IMG/VR virus record: IMGVR_UViG_3300032250_000289
Origin: an uncultured virus (IMG/VR IMGVR_UViG_3300032250_000289)
Taxonomy: Duplodnaviria > Heunggongvirae > Uroviricota > Caudoviricetes
Direction: 5' to 3' (one strand)
Length of the DNA: 64,000 bases
Part shown: positions 28,601 to 37,200 of the stretch, in pieces
How positions within the stretch are numbered: position 1 is the stretch's first letter
Layout of the letters: every line of letters begins with the position of its first letter
The notes under the pieces: generated by a model
Told to the model about the DNA's origin: nothing
What the model saw: only the letters and a program-made list of their open reading frames with translations
Database searches by the model: none
Made by a program: the position numbers and the translations under genes

Positions 28601-31600
28601 GCATTATTAGCATTAGATAGCTCGGCTTCTTGTTGTGCTGCTTTTCCAGCCCCCTCAACATCTCCAGTTTTAATTGCAGTATTTTTTCTTTGTGTTGAGT
28701 CATCAAATGATGAAACAAAAGCATTAAATACTCCTATAGCGGCAGCAGCGGCGGCGGCTGGGCCTACCAATTTCATTAATCCTTGAGATACAATACCAAC
28801 TGTTTTTAATAAACCAGAAGTCGCGCTAGTTGGAAGTGGCACTGCTTTTGATATAGATTGCGCAAAATTTGATCTTGCTTGCATTCGCCCAACGGGGTTA
28901 GCTAGTCTAGCCGCCTTTCTGTCGAGGCGACTAAGCGGACTGCCAGTAGCAGCATCAAAATCTGAATAAGATCTTCTTTTTTCCACTAAATTTCTAAGAG
29001 CGTCTCTTCTTGATCTTTTATCTGATGGTATAGTTGCTCTAGACTGAGTAATAGGGTCATAGGTTCCAATACCTTTAACGTTGACATTTTTACCTTTAGC
29101 TAAAAAGGCATCGTAATTCATAGTGTTAGCTTTTGCTGAAGCTTGATTAGCAATCTTAGGCACGCCTTTACCAGAAAGAAACTTACTCACACTTTGTTTG
29201 GTTAAAGATACCCCAAGCGCCTCCAAAGCAAATATAACACCACCAAGAGTAGTACCCATAGTTAGCAATGAATTGCCAAATTTTTCCATAGCTGAACTAT
29301 TTTCATTCAACGGCTTTATAAACGCCTGCAAAGAAGATGTTACTAAGCTAATACCTAATCCATACTGTTTTGTTGCTTGAGTTGCTTGCTGAACCACTTG
29401 AGTATTTGATCTAGTACCACCACTACTGCCGCCTCCTCCACCTCCTCCACCGCCACCAACTAAGGGGGTCGCTGCGGCGATTTGATTTAATCTTTGAAAT
29501 ACGGTTATTAATCCCTGTGACTGAGTAGTAAGTATAGTCAAGCTTTTCCCAAGATTAACAATGCTAGAATTTATATTAGCTAGACCAAAACCACCACTTG
29601 AGCTTACACCAGTGCCACTTGTTCCAGCAGCGAAGTGTTGCACAACTCCACCATTAGCATACTTACCAACCTTGTTCATACGGTTAAGATTACCATAGCC
29701 AATACTTTGAGCAGATGATCTATTAACAACAAACTCGCCGGGAGTTAATAGGGCGGGAACAGTATCAGTCCCAACTCCTCCCCCGGTTGCAAATTTTTTA
29801 ATCATTCCACCAAAATGTCTTAAAGTATACTGACCAGTACTGCCCCTAGTTTCAAATCCAGCGTTGATTGCGGCGGCTTTATTCATTCCTAATTGTGATA
29901 AAGAATATCTTCTGCCTCTTACAAAATTTTCTTTTCCTTTTTCCATAGTTTTACCATTAGTATATAATGATAAATTGGCTGGATTTTTTAATTCATCTAC
30001 TATTTGTCTTATTGTTTTTTCTTGTAATGATCCAGTTCCAGTAAGAGCAGCCGCAGATAAAGAAGCTTTAGCATCAATGAAACTGCTTGGTAGATTCTTA
30101 TAATCATCTTTTAAAACTCCAGATAAGCCATTTGGAAAATCGAATGGTCTTCCCGGATTTTCTTCAAATGGACCACCCTTAAGAACACTTAGAGTGTCTT
30201 CAAATAAATTACCTCTGGTTCCCGTATTAATGCTATTTAAAAATGCTTGTTGGGTATTAGCGTCTATTTTTTTAGCTGTCAAGCCCAAATCAAGAGCTAC
30301 GCTTGATGCGGCTTCATTGGCCGCTCCAACAATAGCATTGTTTAAAGCTTTATTAAAAGACTCGCTAGTCGGACCACTTAGTCCTTCTCTTGTTGCGTCA
30401 AATTGTCCTAATATTGGAAATTTTTCATTTAATTTTAATCCAGTTCGTTTTTCAATTTGTGGTTTAACTATAGAAAAACTTCCCGGTACAACACCTTTAT
30501 TTTCTAGCAAAGCTGCGCCAACTTCTTTTTTCCCAGAAGCTATTTTATCTATTAATCCTCCACCGGCATATTTTCTTACTCCACCACCGCTATTCATTCC
30601 AGCTAAATTACTAGCACCCAATTTCTCAACACTGCTTTTTCGTATAACAAACTCGCCGGGACTTAACATGGCGGGAACTGTATCTCTATTACCAACACCG
30701 GGAACTAAACCGCCAGCAGCAAACTTATGTACTTTTCCACCTTGATTAAAAGTGCGACCAGATCTTAATCCACCCACAACGTTACCAGCAAATGATCCAA
30801 TACCCCTAGCAAGATTGATAGCGGCCATTGCTGTTAATAATGGTAGGAGTGGCTTGATGGCATCTGCAATCTTAATCAATGCTGATGCTAGATTTAAGGC
30901 GGTATTAGCCATTATCTGAAAAGTTGATGTTTCAGTAATTCCACGAACTAAAGCTAAAAATTCTTCTTTAACTTTTGTGATACGAATAGCAAGTGCAGCT
31001 TGAGCCGTTTCAGCATCTTTAGTTAATGAATTTCCCGCATTTTGAGCAACATTCAATGCGGCCTGTGCGGTTGAGAATTGTTGTAAAAGTGGTAATACTT
31101 TACCAATCTGTCGGAAACCACCAAGCTCTTCGGCAATTCTAATAAATGTAAGATCACCCTCTCCTAATCCACTAAGAGCATCACTCAATCGCCTCACGGC
31201 CTCGTATGGGCCAACGAATTTACCATTCAAGTCAACAAGTTCAACACCAAACTGTTTTAAGAACTCAATTGTTTTGGGGCGTTGAATACGTGTGAAGATG
31301 GTTCTTAAGCCAGTACCAATGCTTTCGGCACTTTCGCGGGTTGTGGCTCGTACTGATGTAAACAAAGCTAACAATTCATTAAGATCGCCACCAGAAGCTT
31401 TAAACACACCACCAGTTCTACGAATAACGTCAATTAAGTCACCGGCTTCAACAGCAAATGCGCCAGCAACAGCGTTAATAGAACCCAACTGACCCTCTAG
31501 TGCGCCCACACCCTGCTTAAACTGAGCAAGAATAGCAATAGCACCTTCTGTAGTTTCTGATAAACTATCAAAGTTAGGGGCTAGTGCAGACTTTGCTAAA

Positions 31601-32094
31601 GCGTCTAGTGCTACTTTAGTGTCTTTAGAAGAAATACCAGCTTGAATTAAAGCTGTGGTGGTTTCTAGTAATGATTGAGAAGATACACCAAACTTTAATG
31701 ACAAGCCCGTAATGGTATCAGTTAAGCTTCTCAATTTACCAACGCTATCGCCAGTAACCTGAGATAACTTAATTAACTGTCTTTCAAAGTCGATAGAGGT
31801 TTGTACAGCATCACTAAGTGTGCTAGTAAACAAACCTACCGCTCTGGTAGCAATAGAAAATGCAGCAAAACGACGAATAGACACAGCAAATGCTTGACCC
31901 ATTCTTCCTGCTGCTGATGTAGCGTCGTTGCAGGATCGGGTGACTTGCTGTATCTGTCGTTGAGCTTGCGCAGAACCTTGAACCTGTAAATTGACATTAA
32001 TGCCATTTAACTGATTTTGGATCTGAGTTACTATTTGGCCGACATTAGTAGGAGCTTGTAGTTGTAGTTGTGCAGTCAGTACGAATCTTGACAT
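25693..32094 (-). CDS. tail tape measure protein
   Basis: 2133 aa, Ala/Gly/Lys-rich helical; N-terminal TP901-type core (SIDFERQL...ESAESIGTGLRTIFTRI...GGFRQ); hydrophobic segments; follows tail tube and chaperone genes. Confidence 0.9.
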   Translation of the reverse strand: MSRFVLTAQLQLQAPTNVGQIVTQIQNQLNGINVNLQVQGSAQAQRQIQQVTRSCNDATSAAGRMGQAFAVSIRRFAAFSIATRAVGLFTSTLSDAVQTSIDFERQLIKLSQVTGDSVGKLRSLTDTITGLSLKFGVSSQSLLETTTALIQAGISSKDTKVALDALAKSALAPNFDSLSETTEGAIAILAQFKQGVGALEGQLGSINAVAGAFAVEAGDLIDVIRRTGGVFKASGGDLNELLALFTSVRATTRESAESIGTGLRTIFTRIQRPKTIEFLKQFGVELVDLNGKFVGPYEAVRRLSDALSGLGEGDLTFIRIAEELGGFRQIGKVLPLLQQFSTAQAALNVAQNAGNSLTKDAETAQAALAIRITKVKEEFLALVRGITETSTFQIMANTALNLASALIKIADAIKPLLPLLTAMAAINLARGIGSFAGNVVGGLRSGRTFNQGGKVHKFAAGGLVPGVGNRDTVPAMLSPGEFVIRKSSVEKLGASNLAGMNSGGGVRKYAGGGLIDKIASGKKEVGAALLENKGVVPGSFSIVKPQIEKRTGLKLNEKFPILGQFDATREGLSGPTSESFNKALNNAIVGAANEAASSVALDLGLTAKKIDANTQQAFLNSINTGTRGNLFEDTLSVLKGGPFEENPGRPFDFPNGLSGVLKDDYKNLPSSFIDAKASLSAAALTGTGSLQEKTIRQIVDELKNPANLSLYTNGKTMEKGKENFVRGRRYSLSQLGMNKAAAINAGFETRGSTGQYTLRHFGGMIKKFATGGGVGTDTVPALLTPGEFVVNRSSAQSIGYGNLNRMNKVGKYANGGVVQHFAAGTSGTGVSSSGGFGLANINSSIVNLGKSLTILTTQSQGLITVFQRLNQIAAATPLVGGGGGGGGGGSSGGTRSNTQVVQQATQATKQYGLGISLVTSSLQAFIKPLNENSSAMEKFGNSLLTMGTTLGGVIFALEALGVSLTKQSVSKFLSGKGVPKIANQASAKANTMNYDAFLAKGKNVNVKGIGTYDPITQSRATIPSDKRSRRDALRNLVEKRRSYSDFDAATGSPLSRLDRKAARLANPVGRMQARSNFAQSISKAVPLPTSATSGLLKTVGIVSQGLMKLVGPAAAAAAAIGVFNAFVSSFDDSTQRKNTAIKTGDVEGAGKAAQQEAELSNANNARMVAGSAGAAIGGLLGPIGAAVGAALGTGLATVIANVFPNELQAISEMFGGKTMSSIVSLAQAQAQATKTQKAFEQGEKDAISAMEDFNNGTITAAEGLKKIANVTKESVNLQNANQKAITANSANMSKGGSGTARNAISALTFGLVESSAQRNSKIDEENAALAKNNNDTQAKAFEMNKPLMNAAIRESIASSSTPEQAKAKMSLALGDNSPEELRRRAEEVKKEAKTEKDLGNKQSADQLDLNAKQLEQQAEQLEKSFTNLSKEIETNRKAFAAMNLGLSSVNGAANASALKINNFVNSLEAGASPMEGALATLEAGVTGAAQGISDVDFTAALGEASSVLTKFGADAAQVTKFEGNVKAVNSAQKNSAKIFEDVKSSLSETGNQSADARKEAVINSITKNSGLAEGSEEFNNFKKSLEGADIDLEKLANGDISVFEAALKDLGENAIGQAKEALMAQIKINQQLVGLTKQRIDAERNLVEAQKEALQLGMEGREVQAKYGGKAITNEERRGNVVAQANVGAGRLGLSEMKSGSIAELQQRRREITTGFGAAETARRTDNALVGPKGAETAENQKDLAKASKEYVQTVRDLIKAEEDNLKTIEAKTKLEKDSMESLISGDIEKFFQQQAAVGATAAIATGNQSLMGAFGAEALGGAYSNIQRMQEAGVQDVYGQRIGGAGGLGERSAQAALRARGVTDPRAAQAAAGTTAEEEASKSRLRALGGELSQAGQMGVDMAQMELQTATMNLEKATIYATSGVEVVQGREKEAAAAGVAQGKALGGLIYASMGKFIPRGTDTVPAMLTPGEFVVRRDAVNRGNNLALLKAINGGSASADSMVSGFAKGGRVKYLRYGGMTDESGAGGGTGGGSMSAVSLDPTTVNKLSEALNTFNQQLTDSITTLSTTKFKVALDNTNINVNLTGGSFLMSLKDSIQEDLLNKVGEMIKNHKVTEGGNLKDSSGKILSNE

Positions 32095-32130
32095 GTCTTT
32101 CTTTCTTTACTGAGGCTACACGCTATCCAC

Positions 32131-32967
32131 TTACTTTCCGTTTACTTCTATTTTTTTACCCTTATCGTCTGTGTAGGTTATTGTGGATATATAATTACCA
32201 GACTCGTCTAGAATATTACCCTCTTTATCTACTCGCTTGCCTTCTTCATTAAGATAATATCCGTTCTTATCTATTGGTCTACCGTCCACATCCACCAACT
32301 GGCCTTTATCGTTAACTAAACTAAGGTCATCATTAACGAAGTTAAACATCTTAAGAAATTTGTTTTCGGGCAGTTTGGCTTCAAAGTCTTTATCTACAGA
32401 ATAAAGCATGGAAGCTAGGGCTGTAGCTGCTGCGAAAGAAATTTCACTATCCGCTTTATCCTTGTATTCTTCTAAATTATTATACACCTTATTACCATTT
32501 TCATAATAGGTGCAACTTGATACTAAAAAGTCAAAGCGGGAATTATCAGAGATGGATTCTGCGGTATTTTGCTCCAAAGAGATTCTATCGCTAATTAAAT
32601 CACGTAATTTATTACGCTGAATTCTCATCTGCACAGCAATGTCTTTCCCCTCGGACGCTTTAAGCTTGCCACCCTTAGAGCTACCGCCTACATAAAGCTG
32701 TTTTTCTAAGTTGCTAATACTTTGAATAATATCCTTCTGTTCCTTATCTTTGGATTCGTCCCAAATATCCTGTTCTTTCATGAACTTTTCAAGTTCTTTC
32801 TTAGTCATAATACCTTCTCTAACACAATCTGTCCAAGCTTTGGCTCCAACTCTCTGTGCCTGACTCATAACTGTGGTACTAGGACGCCTCACGACAATCT
32901 TAACTTTACTTTCTACGCCATTGTCTGTGACTGTTACTTCTACTGTTTTTTCCTTATCCTGTGACAT
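32131..32967 (-). CDS. putative tail assembly chaperone
   Basis: Acidic/helical protein immediately upstream of the tape measure; C-terminal 7-aa DxxGxx(V/I) repeats. Confidence 0.6.
   Translation of the reverse strand: MSQDKEKTVEVTVTDNGVESKVKIVVRRPSTTVMSQAQRVGAKAWTDCVREGIMTKKELEKFMKEQDIWDESKDKEQKDIIQSISNLEKQLYVGGSSKGGKLKASEGKDIAVQMRIQRNKLRDLISDRISLEQNTAESISDNSRFDFLVSSCTYYENGNKVYNNLEEYKDKADSEISFAAATALASMLYSVDKDFEAKLPENKFLKMFNFVNDDLSLVNDKGQLVDVDGRPIDKNGYYLNEEGKRVDKEGNILDESGNYISTITYTDDKGKKIEVNGK
32472..32487 (-). promoter_or_regulatory. GTGTATW-N6-TAG motif copy (intragenic)
   Basis: Minus strand GTGTATAATAATTTAG, about 380 nt before the tape measure ATG. Confidence 0.45.
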
Positions 32968-32978
32968 ATAAAAATCTC

Positions 32979-33326
32979 CTAATTTTTAAACTGTGTAATA
33001 ACGGGAATTTGTATTGAATATCTTAACCATTCTACTTCGTACTGAGACAATTCAGCATCAATATTTCTAGCTTGATTATTTCCTTTGTCTAGAATTTCTG
33101 ATCTAACCTTGTCGTAAATTGCTTTTAATTCAACTTGGGCGGGTGTTAAATCGCCAGTTGGATTAGACCATAAGAAACTAAAGTTTTCTTCTATGGTACT
33201 TAGTGCGCCAATCATTGTGGTCTGTATTTTCTTTTTGAGAATTTTCGCAAGCCTGTCTTTGGAATCAGACTTGTATTTTAACTCTCTAGTCTTTTTATAT
33301 TCTGACGAGTTTTGATTATTTTCCAT
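32979..33326 (-). CDS. hypothetical protein
   Basis: 115-aa ORF with AGGAGGA RBS between the two chaperone-like genes. Confidence 0.7.
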   Translation of the reverse strand: MENNQNSSEYKKTRELKYKSDSKDRLAKILKKKIQTTMIGALSTIEENFSFLWSNPTGDLTPAQVELKAIYDKVRSEILDKGNNQARNIDAELSQYEVEWLRYSIQIPVITQFKN

Positions 33327-33334
33327 AAGTCCTC

Positions 33335-34369
33335 CTATCGATGATCCTTAAATTGTTGATTAGACATTGTTTGTACTTTTAACTTTTCATCAAGAAACTC
33401 ACCCTGTTCAGCCGACCCCCTTGCTTTAATAAGTTTTTCCCTTTCCTTCTTTACCATTGTGGCGTGGTAACTATTCATACCATTTATGCGTTCAATATCA
33501 TTTTTGTCATTTGCTACAACAAAAATCTCTGCTGAATTTTTAATTTTCTTATTTGCGTTCTTTTCAAATTCTGCTTCGGCTTTTTCCTTTTCTCTCTTCT
33601 TGTTTTGTATTATGAACCAGCCATCTAACATATCATCATCTTCAATAATATCTTTTGGTGGACAGTCCATAGACTCTTGAATATTATCATACATTTGTGA
33701 CCATATAATAAGATTCTTCTGGTTGTATGTTAATTCTTGATCTTCTCTATTTTGAAATAGTTTTGTGCCAGCATTTTCTCTAATAGCCCAAAATGATCTC
33801 CAAGGTTCGTTTCGTGCTAAGTCTCTAACGGTTGAATCTGCTAAAAAACTAGACTGCCACTCGTCTGTAACGTATATAATTGATAGGTCGTTAAAATCAT
33901 ATAGTTTGTTATCTTGATAAGTTGTGTTCTTAATTATCCAAGTAGCTTTCTCTGCCGCTGCCACCCCTTCGCAAGTGTTGATATAATATTGGTTTTTTTT
34001 ACTAGAGTGTTGTAGAAATTGTTTTTCTCCCGCTCTAATGTATAGTCTAATTCTTTCGCGTAATTGTCTATTATTACGAGCGTTGTAAATTTCTACTTTT
34101 AGCTTCTCAATATCTTTTTTAAATCCTTCTACTTTTTCGTCATCTTCCACAGTCCACAAACCTTGTTCAATCATCCAATCATTCATTTCTTCTTCGTTCA
34201 TCATTCCGTCGATATAAGACTGTTCATAAGACTTATTGTACACTTGACAGGACTGTACTGATTGATCAATTGTTGGTGGTAATATTGTTAAATTAATACT
34301 TTTAGATTCAATAAAGATTTTACCAGACCGTATCAATGAAATAAAAAACTCCCGCTCATGATGTTTCAT
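33335..34369 (-). CDS. putative tail assembly chaperone (paralog of 32131-32967 with C-terminal extension)
   Basis: Directly after the tail tube gene; shares G(M/I)M...E...M.EQ..W and NT.E motifs with 32131-32967. Confidence 0.55.
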   Translation of the reverse strand: MKHHEREFFISLIRSGKIFIESKSINLTILPPTIDQSVQSCQVYNKSYEQSYIDGMMNEEEMNDWMIEQGLWTVEDDEKVEGFKKDIEKLKVEIYNARNNRQLRERIRLYIRAGEKQFLQHSSKKNQYYINTCEGVAAAEKATWIIKNTTYQDNKLYDFNDLSIIYVTDEWQSSFLADSTVRDLARNEPWRSFWAIRENAGTKLFQNREDQELTYNQKNLIIWSQMYDNIQESMDCPPKDIIEDDDMLDGWFIIQNKKREKEKAEAEFEKNANKKIKNSAEIFVVANDKNDIERINGMNSYHATMVKKEREKLIKARGSAEQGEFLDEKLKVQTMSNQQFKDHR

Positions 34370-34393
34370 TACAAAACCTGTGAACGGGAGTTT
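34343..34393 (-). terminator. hairpin plus U-tract overlapping the start codon of 33335-34369
   Basis: Minus strand AAACTCCCGTTCA-N22-TGAGCGGGAGTTT (13-bp stem with one G-U), running into TTTTTT; ATG 34369 lies in the loop. Confidence 0.65.
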
Positions 34394-34433
34394 CTATTTT
34401 ATGTCCTTTAAAATCCAAATCGAATTAGTTTAC

Positions 34434-35552
34434 TTATGCAGTTTTATAACCACGGGGATCTTGTGGATGTTGGACTATTAGATCATTAAAGGTTGTGAAT
34501 GAATACTGAATTGTGGCATTACCACCACCAGCATCACCACCACCATAAGTGATAGATGACAGTCTATTCTTACTTCCTAAGTCGAGAATAGTACCGTCTT
34601 TTAAATACATAAGAATTTTTTCTTGAGCCGTATTATTGCCTTCGTTTCTTGTGCCCTTATATGCAGCAACGCCTTCTTCATAAGCATTAACCTGATCGCC
34701 ACTAATAGCAATAACTTCAAAGCTTGATGTTACTTCGATTGGGAACTGAGCAGCACGATAGTATGGAGCTTTTCGTCCCAATTCAAGAATATCATCACGG
34801 CTAAAGTCTGTGCTAACTTCAAAATTCTGTATATGAACATTTGGAATAAATCCATCAGCCTTGATTCCGCCGTTACCGTCACTTGTGCCAGTTCCAGCGT
34901 TACCACTATTTGAGCCAACAACACCAAAAATGCACGTTGGAAGAATGCTACTAGCAAGTATAACATTTTCTCTACGCTGAATACCACCACTACCACCAAG
35001 AGCAAGTGGTTCATCCTGACCAGCGCCAGTTGAGTAATTGATATTATTTAGTGATTTTACAACGGAGGCATTCATAAAGATTGCTGGAGAGAACCAAGCT
35101 TTATGATTACCTACCAATGTCACTGATTCTGTGCAATTTCCATCTGTTGGGAATGTATAGCTAACATTGCTAATATACATACCAGACATATAAACTTCGG
35201 TTGGAGCAATGCCGGATACGGCATCTACAGCATCGCTATAAATACCAAGAGCCAAACAAGCTCTTTCTGTTGAGCGACCAGCTAAACCCGCTGAAGCAGC
35301 GCCAGATGACGCCAAGTGGTATATTAATGGATAACCGTCGAGAGCTTTTTCTAAAGTAACTTCAACGTCTGGAATACCTTCGATATTTTCGTAAATCTGA
35401 ATCTGGCCTAGTTCGAAGACCTGTTCTAGATTAAAAGTTGTGTTTACGCCAACGCTCTGTAAGCCATGAATTGGTGTCATTTTGCCGCTACTTGAGAAGC
35501 ACCTTTCGACACCCACAGCTTGGCAGGCATAAAATATTCTATTATTGGGCAT
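34434..35552 (-). CDS. major tail tube protein
   Basis: 372 aa; GLQSVG..T.F.LEQVFELG and a second DILELG repeat; strong RBS (AGGAGAG), own late motif; position between neck genes and chaperones. Confidence 0.7.
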   Translation of the reverse strand: MPNNRIFYACQAVGVERCFSSSGKMTPIHGLQSVGVNTTFNLEQVFELGQIQIYENIEGIPDVEVTLEKALDGYPLIYHLASSGAASAGLAGRSTERACLALGIYSDAVDAVSGIAPTEVYMSGMYISNVSYTFPTDGNCTESVTLVGNHKAWFSPAIFMNASVVKSLNNINYSTGAGQDEPLALGGSGGIQRRENVILASSILPTCIFGVVGSNSGNAGTGTSDGNGGIKADGFIPNVHIQNFEVSTDFSRDDILELGRKAPYYRAAQFPIEVTSSFEVIAISGDQVNAYEEGVAAYKGTRNEGNNTAQEKILMYLKDGTILDLGSKNRLSSITYGGGDAGGGNATIQYSFTTFNDLIVQHPQDPRGYKTA

Positions 35553-35582
35553 TATATCTCTCCTATATGAAAGTTAGAAGTT

Positions 35583-35598
35583 CTAATTATCTATACAC
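35583..35598 (-). promoter_or_regulatory. GTGTATW-N6-TAG motif copy (candidate late promoter)
   Basis: Minus strand GTGTATAGATAATTAG, intergenic, about 30 nt before the tail tube ATG. Confidence 0.7.
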
Positions 35599-35602
35599 AA
35601 AT

Positions 35603-36577
35603 TTATATACTAAGTTCAATAGACTCTACCGTAAGCCTTACTATTCCAGCGTAGAAATTAGTATTGATCATATCCATACCTTGAACAGATGCATTTTTAA
35701 ATTCAACAGCATTTCTATAGTAGGATGAGACTAAATCTGGGTATCTTAAAGCTCCAGAAACTGGAGAACCCATATAATCTAAGGGAAATGCGTTGTTATT
35801 GGCTAGAGCGTTACTATTAAACATGTATATAGTTTTATCGTTTTGTAGGGAGATGATATCTACTAGTTTATTGCGGGTAAACTCATCTTCTGCTAAACAG
35901 TGGAACAAAATGTCGGTTTCTACAAATTGTCCACCACCAAGCTGATAACCCCTAAATTTTCTTCGTGGCACAACCTCTACGGCGATTGCTGGTAACTGCA
36001 CCCTCATTTCCGCTGGAAGTGCAAACTCACCCTTATTTGACGTTAGGAAGCTAGCTGGAACTTCTTGGGTTCTATATTGAATTTCTCTTAACCAAGGTAA
36101 GCTATTTGCATAAATAATATTGATGTATTTATAGCTGTATTCAGCTTGTACTTTTGAGCCGGTTGGAATTGGATTATTAAACACTACTCTTCCATTAAAA
36201 TAATCAACTTTGTGGGCATAAATTCCAGTGGTTGAGGATGGATAGTAAGTATTGTTTACATAAACCCCAGAAATGCCGGGAATAGCCTTGTTTGTTCCAA
36301 CTATTGGGGCTGGACTATAGCTAACGCCGCTTTGCCAAATCCAATTCTGACGAAAAGCCTCCCAAGCTTTTCCACTTGGGTATACATCATTAAAAATTGG
36401 CCTTAACTGGCTATAATCCCTATTGTCTGGCGATAGTTCGCCGCGAGTGACATTTTGGTAGTTGCCCTTCTCTAATAACGCCCAATCTAAAAATTCAACA
36501 ACATTATCCTGCAACTCATTATTTAGAGTTGAACTAAAAACATTGTCAAAACCTTTAAGATTAAGATAGTCTTCCAT
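35603..36577 (-). CDS. putative tail terminator/completion protein
   Basis: QLPAIAVE...GYQLGGG...DILFHCLA..EFTRNKLVD terminator-like pattern; inserted VDYFNGRVVF..PI..G..V.A.YSY beta domain; immediately upstream of tail tube. Confidence 0.55.
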   Translation of the reverse strand: MEDYLNLKGFDNVFSSTLNNELQDNVVEFLDWALLEKGNYQNVTRGELSPDNRDYSQLRPIFNDVYPSGKAWEAFRQNWIWQSGVSYSPAPIVGTNKAIPGISGVYVNNTYYPSSTTGIYAHKVDYFNGRVVFNNPIPTGSKVQAEYSYKYINIIYANSLPWLREIQYRTQEVPASFLTSNKGEFALPAEMRVQLPAIAVEVVPRRKFRGYQLGGGQFVETDILFHCLAEDEFTRNKLVDIISLQNDKTIYMFNSNALANNNAFPLDYMGSPVSGALRYPDLVSSYYRNAVEFKNASVQGMDMINTNFYAGIVRLTVESIELSI

Positions 36578-37200
36578 TATGAACCTAAAATGTTATTAAA
36601 TACTCTAGTAATTTGTTGCTCTTGGGTGGTTCCAGATAGGGCGCGTGTGATAAAATTATTATCATCCGTACCAGAATACTGTGGTGGAACTCTAAATGCT
36701 CCACCGGGAGTCATATTACCAAGACCGGACCTTCCTAGTCCAGTACCGGGATTGTATTGATAATTTGTAATAATAATTGTGTCGCCCTTTGTTAGCAACC
36801 AATCTAGCCAGTGTAGATTTCCACCCGCATATCTAACATAACCGGTTGATAAACTTAATAGATTAGCAAAATCGCTAGGTTGAAAGTTAAGTTCTAGTCC
36901 ACCATTAAGATTACGATCAAAGGGAACGATTGAGATATTAACAGAGTTAGTTATTGATTCTATAATGCTTGTTACTATTCTAGCAGATGAGGTTAAGCCA
37001 AACTGTCCAGCTAAAGAGTCTGTATCGGATGATTGTAGTGAGATTATTTCTGGCTGAGAGTTGATCCATGCTGGAATTAGATTAGAAACTCCCCTTATTA
37101 ATGCTGCTCTACGTGATGATATTCTACTATTAATATAGTTAGCAATACCCACATTGATATTACGCTGAATAGTAGTAATATTATCTGTAATCCTGAGCAT
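36577..37200 (-). CDS. putative neck/tail completion protein
   Basis: Position among head-tail joining genes; GLGRSGLGNM and NFITRAL C-terminal pattern. Confidence 0.45.
   Translation of the reverse strand: MLRITDNITTIQRNINVGIANYINSRISSRRAALIRGVSNLIPAWINSQPEIISLQSSDTDSLAGQFGLTSSARIVTSIIESITNSVNISIVPFDRNLNGGLELNFQPSDFANLLSLSTGYVRYAGGNLHWLDWLLTKGDTIIITNYQYNPGTGLGRSGLGNMTPGGAFRVPPQYSGTDDNNFITRALSGTTQEQQITRVFNNILGS

Noticed and set aside
33989..34001. A-run (AAAAAAAAC on minus) as programmed frameshift site in the chaperone-like gene
   Set aside because: It is mid-gene in AT-rich DNA, the ORF track shows no long alternative-frame continuation, and paralog similarity continues in frame past it.
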